Shown here piece after piece: positions 54,291-64,000 of a stretch of DNA of 64,000 nucleotides (its first letter is position 1; every line of letters starts with the position of its first letter). The position numbers and the translations under genes are program-made. The notes beneath the pieces were generated by a model. The model was not told the origin of the DNA and made no database searches. It worked only from the letters and a program-made list of their open reading frames with translations. The stretch is from Neophaeotheca triangularis (lineage: Eukaryota): assembly GCA_054600435.1 (NCBI GenBank), contig BAAIJX010000023.1:1-64000 (forward strand). The letters are read 5' to 3'.

Positions 54291-56822
54291 ATGTCGCCAA
54301 ACGGCAGCATTGCTGCCTCCCAGCTACGGCAGCTCATATTCTACCACATCGACAATGATTTCCTCGACAATGCGAACTTCCTAGCCGGCCGCCTTCATGC
54401 CATGGAGCCACGCAACCCGGACGGTGCGCACCTGCTGGCCCTCACTTACTTGCGCCTTCGAAGGCACAAGGCTGCGTATGACGCCGCGCATAAGTACGGG
54501 TCAAATGGTAGACATCTAGGGTGCGCTTTTGTGTTTGCGCAAGCATGTCTGAATCTGAAGAGAAGTCTGGAGGGTGCTACGGCGCTGGACAAGGCTCGGG
54601 CGCAATGGCGGGCTAAGAACCACTTTGGCAAGCATTCGGATTCGACAAGGAGGCATTTACCGGACGCTGCAGCGGCCAACACGCTGCTGGGCAAGCTATG
54701 GGAAGCTCATGGGGATATGCGAAAGGCTGGCGATTGTTATATCGAGGCCCACAAGGCCAATCCGTTCATCTGGGATGCGTTTGATGGGCTATGCAAGATT
54801 GGCGCCGACTTGAACATACCGAACATGTTCAAAGCAACAGTGGAGTTGAGTCATACGACGTCGACATCTTTTGATTCCACAGTACCTGAAGTTCATTCGG
54901 GGGAGGCGCCCGCTACATTACAGCCACTCACCTCCAATACCAGCTTTACGAAACAGCCTCCTACGCGGACAGAGGATCCTTTTGCTCCGTCTAGGGAAGC
55001 TACGGAGGAGAGGGAGCAAGGACCTGGTTCGTTTGCACTTCCCAAAGTTAAGAGCAAGGGAACGTTGGCGAATACGGTCAGGTCTGAGTGGGACACGCCG
55101 ACTGGTAATAGCGCTCCATTCGGAGAGGACACAGCCATGGGAGGAGTCACAGCCGAAGATGTGTTCCAACCCCCACCAGCACCAGCGCGAAGAACTAGGA
55201 TGGGTCACCACTCTGAGGCGACCTCCGAAAGGCCCAGGAGACCAGACCTTCGCACTCATTCTCAAGCCAGCACAGATAACTCACATGATCAAGACAACTC
55301 TCAAAACCAGCGTATGCCCGGCGCTGCGATGCACAAGCGAACAGCCTCTGGCCAGGTCCAACAAGCTAATGCCAACACTGCCTCAGACCCGTCCGCTCCT
55401 CCAAGGAGAAGCAATCGCTTATTCGGTCAAGGAACGTCAACTAGGAGTACAAGGGCCACTGGCGATTCGACGGCTTCTATTGCAGGGCAGGCGGACAGAC
55501 AAGCGCGTGCAGCGAAACCAGCAACAGGCACTCGAGGGCGCATGGGGTCGACAGTAGGACGGGTGGTCAGCGGTAATCGAAAGGTTCTACCACCGGCCGA
55601 CAAGGAGAAGCCGACTCGAGCACCGAGCAGGAACAGCGAAAAGAGCGCTGCTGTGCCGAACCCGGCGGCGCAAAAGTACCCTGCTGCGCCGCTATATGAC
55701 TTTCGGGCAGAGCAAGAGGCTTTGGCTTCTCTACTCACGCTGTTCAAAACATTGGCACAGGGCTACTACAATTCGGTACGCTTTGATACAGCTTCTGCAA
55801 TCGCCACATTCCGAGGCCTGCCCACAGCTCAGCGCGACTCCCCATGGGTAATGCAGCAACTCGGCCGAGCTTACTACGAAGCCTCAGACTACCCAGCCGC
55901 ACGCGACGCCTTTGCACGATCCCTCAAACTCCAGCCCTCAGACCTAACCGACATGGAAATCTACTCGACCGTCCTCTGGCACCTCAAAGCCGAGACCCCC
56001 CTCGCATACCTCTGCCATCTCCTCCGCGACCAGGACTTCCTGGCGCCAGAGACTTGGTGTTCCCTCGGTAACGCTTTCTCCCTCTCCCGCGAACACGACC
56101 AAGCCATCTCAGCTTTCAAGCGCGCAACACAGCTGAACCCGAACTTCGCCTACGCCTACACGCTCATGGGCCACGAGCACATCGCCAACGAAGACTACGA
56201 CGCGGCGCTAACCTGCTTCCGGCAAACCGTCGCCCTCGACCGCCGCAGCTACGGCGGCTGGTACGGCCTCGGCAAGTCCTACGAACGCATGTCTAAGCTC
56301 GAGCAAGCCGAACACCACTACCGCATCGCTGCCGCGCTCAACCCCTCCAACGCCACCCTCCTCGTCTGCATCGGCGTCGTCCTTGAGCGCCAGCGCAACC
56401 GCAAAGCTGCTCTTACCCACTACACGCGAGCTCTCGAGATCAGCCCGTCGTCCGCGCTTGCGAGGTTCAAGAAGGCGCGTGTGCTCATGCATGTGCGTGC
56501 GTACGCCGAGGCTTTGGAGGAGCTCGAGCGCTTGCGCGACCAGGCGCCCGATGAGGCGAATGTCTGGTTCTTGCTGGGCAAGTGCTATAAGGGGTTGGGA
56601 GGGCGCAGTGAGGCTTTGCGCGCTTTTACTACCGCGTTGAATTTGGATGTTAAGGTGAGTTTTCCCTCTTTCTTCTCTCACTCCTTTCTGGTGCTTTGGT
56701 TGTGAAAGCTGTTGGTGTATGGGTGTGCTGACTTCTTGCTTTTTCAGGCTGCGCCGTTCATCAAAGAGGCCATGGAAGCGCTGGACGAGGACGACGAAGA
56801 GGCGAGCAGTGATGAGGAATGA
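54291..56822 (+). CDS. CDC27: Anaphase-promoting complex subunit Cdc27/APC3 (BimA); intron 56655..56747
   Basis: N-terminal QLRQLIFYHIDN...NANFLAGRL, long linker, and a C-terminal TPR array (MEIYSTVLWHL, PETWCSLGNAFSLSREHDQAI, FAYAYTLMGHE). Confidence 0.93.
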
Positions 56823-56950
56823 AGAGGCGAGCGAGCGATCATCTTTAAGCTTTTTGCAGTGCAAAGAGGGTACGGGATTTGCGGAAAAGACGTGCGTAGG
56901 AAGCCAGTACCTCTCTCTTTGATTTCTGCCCGTGACAGCATTGCGAGTGC

Positions 56951-56980
56951 GCTGGGCTGGGCTGGGCTGGGCTGGGCTGG
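56951..56980. repeat. (GCTGG)6 pentanucleotide repeat in the CDC27 3' region
   Basis: Direct read. Confidence 0.9.
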
Positions 56981-57611
56981 GCTTTTGCATTCTTGCTTTT
57001 GTTCTCTTGCGTTGGCATTTTTCGGAGCGGGTCATGGGTTGTGCTGTGCTGGTTTCTTTTTCTGTTACTTCTTTGCCCAGCACGAATGAGTATGAGCATG
57101 AGCATGCGGAAAGTGCCTTTTATTACGAGCGAGCCTCATGCATTTTAGCCAGTCAAGGAGGAGGGAATGCAACGAGAGGATTTGCAGTGGAATGGTTCCG
57201 TCTGATTAGTTGTGCACGATTCGTTCCGAGATACCACCACAAACCCAAACCACTTGAACCGCAACCCCTCCAGGCTCCTGGCCTTCATCTTCTCCCTGAA
57301 GCGAGCAAAGTGCCCTCCCTCTCCAGTCCGCTACCGCCTTCCCTCCCCATCCTGCGTATCTCATCGCTATGATGGCAGACGTGAGTGGGAACTGCATGCA
57401 ATACCTACTATATAGCTACGTTTTCACGGCATGGGGGCGCAGGCCTGGGTTGGCCCTTTCTCTGAGCAACGTGCAAGACGTGGGCGAAAGCTTTGGTGAG
57501 TGGCCAGCAGTAGACTCGGGAGCATGGGAAAGTGGTGACAGCATGTGATGGCATGGAAGCCCTCTCCGGTCAATGTCGTCGACGACGACAAGAGGAGGCA
57601 TACAGGACAGT

Positions 57612-57647
<36 letters not shown>
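57612..57647. repeat. (GTA)12 microsatellite
   Basis: Direct read. Confidence 0.95.
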
Positions 57648-57648
<1 letters not shown>

Positions 57649-58419
57649 GGTACCTCTTAGGGGAAGGGTTGAGGTTAAGTAGTACTGTACCTTGCTTTCA
57701 GCGGCAATCTTATCTTATCTTGTTGGAGCTGCTTTACCGACATCGCTCCGCCGGCAAAACGTCACCGACTCACCTGCCCACACTCCCGTCTCCGCCTGAA
57801 AGCCGGAGCGTGATGAATCCCGAACCCCCCCCTTTTGCAGCTCATCGCCTCGACCTTGATATCCTCTTGACATCCTCTTTTTTCCCTACCGACGTTGGGA
57901 CTTATCAAGATGGTCAAAGTCTGGACTTTCTTTCTCACCTTTGCGCTATTTGCCGTATTTTGCCAATGATCGACTCGAGCACCGAAACCAGCATTCGAGT
58001 GGACAAGATGCAGAAATGCAATATAATACCTTAGAATAGGTAGGTGAGCGGGCCCGTGCACCCAATTGTGCCCGCGCTTCTACTCGCGAGCATGCTGCTA
58101 TCCTCTCACACCACGACTCTACACGCTACTCTCATACCCTTCCCTTGCTGTACCTCATTATTCTCCTCTTCCTTTTACCTCAGAACCTCTCCCGTTGCAC
58201 CTGTAGCTCTAATCGGAGCTCTTCACCAGCTGCCAAACCTTCACTACCATTGATCTTCGACGCCTGCGCACTTCGCGCGCATTTCTTCGCCCAACTGCTT
58301 AGACGACCCCCCACCGCCCTATACCCTATCTCCATCCTTCCCTCGCCATTGCCAACCATCTCAACACTTGTGCGCTCTACAGAGCTCCGCAAGCGCACGT
58401 TGGTGTGCCTACCAACCCA

Positions 58420-60667
58420 ATGCCGGCAACACGAGCGGCTCAAGGGCCTCCGAAGCCTCCACCTGCCACCTCGACCAATTCCTCCTCCTCTCTATCCTCG
58501 CGACCGACACGCACGAATGGCACCAGGCATGCCTCTCCGCCAGCTAACGGCGACACGCCCCACTCACGTTCCTCCGAGGACAGCCAACCTCCAGCGCGCA
58601 GATCGCAGCGCGCTCAGACCAAAGCCCACGAGGAACCCGTCAAGCCAGCTATTGAGATTGATGAAGAAGCGGTAGATGAAGAAGAAGTGACACGATGCGT
58701 CTGCAGTCAGCAAGAGTACCCGGGTCCGCCGCTCAGCGAGGCCTTTGTTGGCACTGACGCACAGTCAGAGGACGCTGGTGGGCTATTCATACAATGCGAT
58801 GGCTGTAGTGTCTGGCAGCATGGAGGTTGTGTAGGCATTGTGGAAGAGAGTCAGAGTCCCGACAAATACTACTGCGAGGAGTGTCGGCCAAAGCAGCACG
58901 AGGTGCACACCGATCCGAGAGGGTAAGTTCCAATCACCCTTCACTCTGTGTTGGTTAGCGCTCAAAGCATGGCTTTTGCTGCATTGGGCAGCAGTGGCGC
59001 AAGCTCGAAGCTACTGTTGCAATGGGCTTCGGATTTGTGCGACCCGAGTGGCACATGATCATCAGCCTGTCTAGCAAGCAAAAGGCCATGCGATTCCGTC
59101 TCGCCTCGCTTTGCGATTATTGCCACAGGTCTAGCATGGCGCGTTACCATGATTGTCCTTCGAGGCCTACTGCAGAGAAATTCGCTGACCACTTTTTGAA
59201 TAGGCAAAAGTACTCACTCTACCTCCCGCTAACCTCGCGGAGTCACCGCAAAGGATCCATCAGCAAGCCAGATGAGAAGGCGAGGAAAGATCGTGAGAAT
59301 GCCATCTCGAGGGCGAGCGTTGACTCGGTACCCGGCAAGAGACGTCCGACCATCAGAAGTCGTGAGAATTACGAAGAAGAAGAGCAGTTCAGGCAGGCTA
59401 TCGAGGAGAGCAAGCGTGACAATGATACCGGTACGACGGGCAGGCGAAACGGCAAGCGTGCGAGAGAAGAAGGCGAAGAGTAAGTTCATGGCCGGCTGGA
59501 ATAAAACGGGCACTCGCTAATCGTTTTCTCAGTCCGAAGCAAGGTATCAAGCGGCAGCGAACTGCTTCCGAATCGTATCCCTCATACGCGTCCATAACTC
59601 ACGCAGCCTCAGTAGAAGATGACTCTGGGGACGAACCCGGCGCAACAAGCGCGAGCAGGGCGAAAAAGGCTAAAAGCGAAGCCACAGAGTCCGCCCGTCA
59701 GGCTGAGATGCGAGAGCGCGAAAAAGAGCGGGAGAGACTACGAGCCGAGCAAGCAGGTCGCCGACAAGCCCGTGCTGGTAGAAGGCGTGGCGATGGTATG
59801 GTCGTTGCTCTAAGACCTTCAAGAGTGCATGCTGATCCGCCTACAGAGTCCGAAGCCATCGAGGACACACCGAAACCCAGCAATAGCGCCAAACAATCAC
59901 CTCCCGCGCCCTCATCGCAGCCCCCTAGCCCTCCTCCATTAGCAGCCCCGCCGACCGAGAAGGTGTCCCACAAGAAGGGTGCCGGCAAGAAAACCAAGAA
60001 GCTCGGCAACAACCAATACACTAAAGCCCGCGATCTCGCGCAAGCCAACCAGGCAGCCCTCTCCCCTTACCATCGAAAGCGACAGCTCGCAAACACACAC
60101 GCCGACAGCGGTGACGAGCAACAAGCCAACGGTGAGACAGGCACGAGCAACAGCACCAGCAAGAACAGTCCCGGTCACCATGAAGGCAACGCCAACAACA
60201 ACAACACCAACGGCACTAGCACCTATGGTCCGGGGCCAGGCAAAGGCAAATTCGGCAAGGGCAAGGGCAAAGCCGGTGGCGTGAACGGGCAAAATACCAA
60301 GAACGCCCAAGAGCAGCCGGAAAAGAATCTAGCCAACATGACGCGAGCCGTCGACAGCATGACTGCCTTCATCGCGCGCGCGCAATCAGAAAACAGTGCC
60401 ACGCCGCCATCGCTCGCTGCACGCGGCGGCCAACAGGGCTTGGAAGACGCCGGGCTGCCGCCTTTACCTCCCTCTGCCAATGCTGGTTTCGTCGCTGGTG
60501 GCGCAGCTGTGGACCAGCGGGATTGGGGCGCTCCCGATGAATTGGGCTTGCTGAGGCCGCCAACTGAGGGTTTGAGTGCGGCGGAGATGGCGGAGCTGCT
60601 GAGACGGAATTTGCAGGGTTTTAGGACAAGATTCGGCTCTGGGGGAGGGGAAGGGCAGGTTGCTTGA
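58420..60667 (+). CDS. CTI6: PHD-finger Rpd3L histone deacetylase complex subunit Cti6; introns 58923..59203, 59480..59532, 59796..59846
   Basis: EEEVTRCVCSQQEYPGPP...FIQCDGCSVWQHGGCVGI...YYCEECRP, YEEEEQFRQAIEESKR and KKLGNNQYTK. Exon phases are consistent. Confidence 0.85.
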
Positions 60668-61724
60668 GGCGGGCCATGACTCTTACTGGCGGAGGAGCTA
60701 GGGCGGTGTGAGCGCCGTTGGCCTTGGGTGGCTGGCTTTCTATGCCTATATGTAGGCCGTAGCTTACGGTAACGATTTTGACGCAAGCTCTCACCCAGTG
60801 CTCGCCATGGCCGTCAGTCTTTGGCCATACCTCCCGCCCAGGCCAGGCCCAGCACTTCCACCTTCCTTGAAAGCCGGGCTGCCAGCGAATTTGGCCAGCT
60901 CAGCGATTTTTGCAGTCCGCCGCATGTTCCAAAGCCAGAACATGTGGTAACACAACTTGCCGGTGCTGAGCAAGCAGTGGAGCTTTTTGCGACGTTCAGT
61001 TGGTTGTAGCTTTTTTGATAAGAGTCCGCGCGTGGCTAGGGTCAGAGTTGTTGTTGTCGACCATCTCAGTGCGGACGTTGCTGTTATCGACAAGTATATA
61101 GATATAGGTATAGATATAGATAAATATCTGTTGTTGCTGCCCCTTGAGTACTCCTTGGCTGTGCTCACCTACAACGCTTAAAGTACAGCTTAGCCTGTAA
61201 CTTTGAGCAACTCCAAAGGAAGAAAGTGGTTATTATTAGTGATAGAAGGACTTCTCTACTCTGAAAGAAGAAGGGCAAAACTAGATTGGAAGGCCGTCAA
61301 GTTGTAGTAGCGAAGAGCTGCGATTATCTGACGGGTAGGCCTTGGTGTTAGTAGCAAGGTAGTGGTTACATGGTTGAAAATTGCGCCAATGGTGGACTTT
61401 GGCCTACTACGGGTACCTACAAGTACATACATACAGTAGTAGTAGTACCTTACCTTCTACCAGGTATACTATGTAATGAGTTGGTATTATTCTTCCTTTA
61501 CCCCGCACCCTACGCCTGTCTACTGCAGTAAGGTACATGGCCTACCTGCTATATTGATCTAAAAGCTCCGATTCTTCCTAATCAACTCCGCATCGTCAGT
61601 AAAGTTATTAGTGCTTACCCACAATTCGCTGCGTTGCCGGAGGACGGTGCCGAGTTTGTTGCTGGCCCTCGCCAACTTCACTCAACACTTCAAACTTTGG
61701 CACTTGGCTTTGTTGAAGAATATT

Positions 61725-61754
61725 ATCATTATCATTATCATTATCATTATCATT
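61725..61754. repeat. (ATCATT)5 repeat
   Basis: Direct read. Confidence 0.9.
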
Positions 61755-61974
61755 GCCTGTGTTGCAAGTGAGCAAAATACCTACCTTGGATTGTAACCTA
61801 CCGAGGCCGTCTATACCTTGGGCAAAGATAGAAGGAAGGGGCATCGCGCCCGGCTCAGCGAACCACCGAAGCGACCACCGAGTGGCGCGCCTGCTACAAA
61901 AAGCGGAAAGAAAGCTGATTACCCAGCAAGCTGAAGAATAAGCAAAGCGACTGCGATCCTTCATCATCCTTCAT

Positions 61975-62001
61975 CCTCCTCCTCCTCCTCCTCCTCCTCC
62001 T
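61975..62001. repeat. (CCT)9 microsatellite
   Basis: Direct read. Confidence 0.9.
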
Positions 62002-62322
62002 GCTGCTACTATTACCGTCGACGACCTCAGCCTTGCGCTCTTTATTGTCTGCTTTCCTCCTTTCATCAACAACAGCAAGCATCTTCCGTCAACACCTCAG
62101 TCTCGGTTTAAACTCGCCGCCGATTGCACAGGATACAAAGTACACGAAGCGGGTGCCCACTTGCTGATCCTTCGGCTGGCCGAGACTGCGAAATAAGTTC
62201 GCGCACTCCGCAACCATGAAAACCCCAACATGTCTCGCCGCTAACCATGGACGCAGAATACATACAGCAGACGAGTGTAGAACGCAAAATTAGCCAAAAC
62301 ATCCTCCCGAAAGGGGCTTGCT

Positions 62323-64000
62323 ATGGCACTTCTCAAGCGGGAATCCATCAGCCAGCAGACTCAGCCGCATGCAATGGCTTCTCCAGACGTAAAGAAGTCC
62401 AATCGCCGGAGCGTTGGCGCATACTTGAAACGAAGATTGACTCGCGATGGAGGCAATACGACGAGTTCGAATTCGAGCACCAACGCTTCCTCCCCGGATG
62501 CTCCTGGTACCCCTCGATTGAAAATCTCCCCGCCACCGCAAGAGGTTCGACCAGCACCGACATCGCTTCAGTCAACCCTCTCGACCAATGGGAATTTCAC
62601 CTCGGATGCTCCTTACAAGTCCCCTGAGCTTACTTTGCTCGCTTCGAATGAAAATAGGAGCGACGATGATCCGGATCAAGCGATTTCTAACGGTGCCAAT
62701 GACTCCGGCGACGATCTAGAGAAGACCCTTTCTGCCACTTCCAGAGGTGGCGGTCTGAGATGGGCAGAGGGCACGCAGCCAGCCGGGCCCTCTCGACAGT
62801 TGAGCAGTGCCAACGTGCGCCGGTCGTCAATCTACTCCCGGCACTCGGAGGGTGGTTTTATGGCTGGCGCTAATACGGGTGTCGGGTCCAAGGCCAGAAG
62901 GCTTTCTGTAGATATCCCTGACGAACTCCAAGTGGACGAATGCCAGTTGAATGACCACTTCAGCGTCCTCGCCAGAACTGGCAAGAAGACGATTGGCGAA
63001 GGTGGCGCGGCAATGGTGCAGCTTATGAAGAGCAAGACGGCCGGCGATGGCAAGTACAAAGACAAACTCTTCGCCGTGAAAGAGTTTAGACCATGGGAGA
63101 AAGACGAGGAGAGTGAGGAGGACTACGTGCGCAAGATCAAGAGCGAGTACGCAATCTCCAAATCTCTGGACCACCCCAACATCGTCGAAACTTTCCGCCT
63201 TTGCACTTCCGATAAACGCTGGTTCCACGTCATGGAGTACTGCGAGCCTGGTGACCTCCATGATCTAATCGGCAAACAATACTTCAAACCGGTCGATCGG
63301 AATTGCATGTTCAAACAACTCTTACGCGGCGTCGATTATTTGCACAGCCACGGCATAGCGCATCGAGATCTCAAATCCGAAAACCTCCTCCTGAGCAAAG
63401 ACGGCTGTGTCAAAATCGCCGACTTCGGCACAGGCGAGGTCTTCACCGGCGTGCACCCCGGCCTCCGACGGTGTCGAAAACAAAGCGCGTGCGACGATAA
63501 ATGCGACATCAAGCTCTGCGCACCGGGACTCTGCGGCAGCAGGCCGTACATGGCGCCCGAGATTATCGAGCATAAAATCGACTACGATCCACGCGCCGTT
63601 GACGTCTGGAGCTGCGCCATCCTCTACATCAGCATGTGTCTTCACTCCCTGCCCTGGGAGGCGGCGACACCCGACATCAATAATTTCAACATTTACTGCC
63701 ACAGCTGGGAACGCTGGCTCGAGAGCCATCCTGGTGACGGCGGCGACAGCGAAGGCCGCATTCTCTCCCCCGTCGACATGCCCGATTTCGCTTTCAGCCC
63801 GCAGTTCCGCAAGCTCGACGACATGCCTACCCGCAAGCTGATATTGAGCATGTTGCACTTGGATCCCGCTAAGCGGCTTACGATTAGGGAGGCTCTGGAC
63901 TCAAAGGTCGTCAAGGAGTATGCTTGCTGTCAGCAGGAGGGCTACAGCGATGATATCCGCAACCGCGAGCGCAAGGCGCTGCACAACCACTTGCCGCCCA
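62323..64000 (+). CDS. Ser/Thr protein kinase, HAL/NPR (Ptk2-like) family; 3' end beyond window
   Basis: Missing from the ORF track because it has no stop in the window. Frame is open from ATG 62323: IGEGGAAMV, FAVKEF, IKSEYAISKSLDHPNIV, IAHRDLKSENLLL, KIADFG, GLCGSRPYMAPE and VDVWS. Confidence 0.9.
   Translation, partial: MALLKRESISQQTQPHAMASPDVKKSNRRSVGAYLKRRLTRDGGNTTSSNSSTNASSPDAPGTPRLKISPPPQEVRPAPTSLQSTLSTNGNFTSDAPYKSPELTLLASNENRSDDDPDQAISNGANDSGDDLEKTLSATSRGGGLRWAEGTQPAGPSRQLSSANVRRSSIYSRHSEGGFMAGANTGVGSKARRLSVDIPDELQVDECQLNDHFSVLARTGKKTIGEGGAAMVQLMKSKTAGDGKYKDKLFAVKEFRPWEKDEESEEDYVRKIKSEYAISKSLDHPNIVETFRLCTSDKRWFHVMEYCEPGDLHDLIGKQYFKPVDRNCMFKQLLRGVDYLHSHGIAHRDLKSENLLLSKDGCVKIADFGTGEVFTGVHPGLRRCRKQSACDDKCDIKLCAPGLCGSRPYMAPEIIEHKIDYDPRAVDVWSCAILYISMCLHSLPWEAATPDINNFNIYCHSWERWLESHPGDGGDSEGRILSPVDMPDFAFSPQFRKLDDMPTRKLILSMLHLDPAKRLTIREALDSKVVKEYACCQQEGYSDDIRNRERKALHNHLPP

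Overview
Gene-dense, GC-rich chromosome segment from a filamentous ascomycete. Short GT-AG introns with CTRAY branch sites and the gene content suggest a Dothideomycete, but that assignment is inference. It holds about 29 mostly conserved protein-coding genes: SF3A1/Prp21, Pmt1, Ash1-type SET methyltransferase, FSH1 hydrolase, Erf2 DHHC palmitoyltransferase, an SDR, a DUF1769 protein, aquaporin, Coq11-like, SCOT, an AhpD-like peroxisomal protein, a Tyr phosphatase, adjacent GH27 and GH2 galactosidases, annexin, Tudor-SN, Atg29, a divergent RPL21/RPS9 pair, Sco1, Cdc27, Cti6, and a Ptk2/HAL-type kinase cut by the window end. There is also one intron-containing tRNA-Trp(CCA) and several microsatellites. 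No intact mobile element, CRISPR array or secondary-metabolite cluster is visible. The most interesting signals are non-coding and cluster at RPL21/RPS9: a 471-nt RPS9 intron closed by a perfect 19-bp long-range stem with many internal helices, tandem in-frame acceptors, two RPL21 5'-UTR introns around a 9-nt micro-exon, and a dyad-symmetric bidirectional promoter. Also notable: a structured CTI6 intron, a tRNA-Trp with an A31:C39 mismatch (4-bp anticodon stem), and a sequon-rich GH2 enzyme with no signal peptide. All gene models and RNA pairings were read by eye, and product names come from remembered motifs, not database searches.
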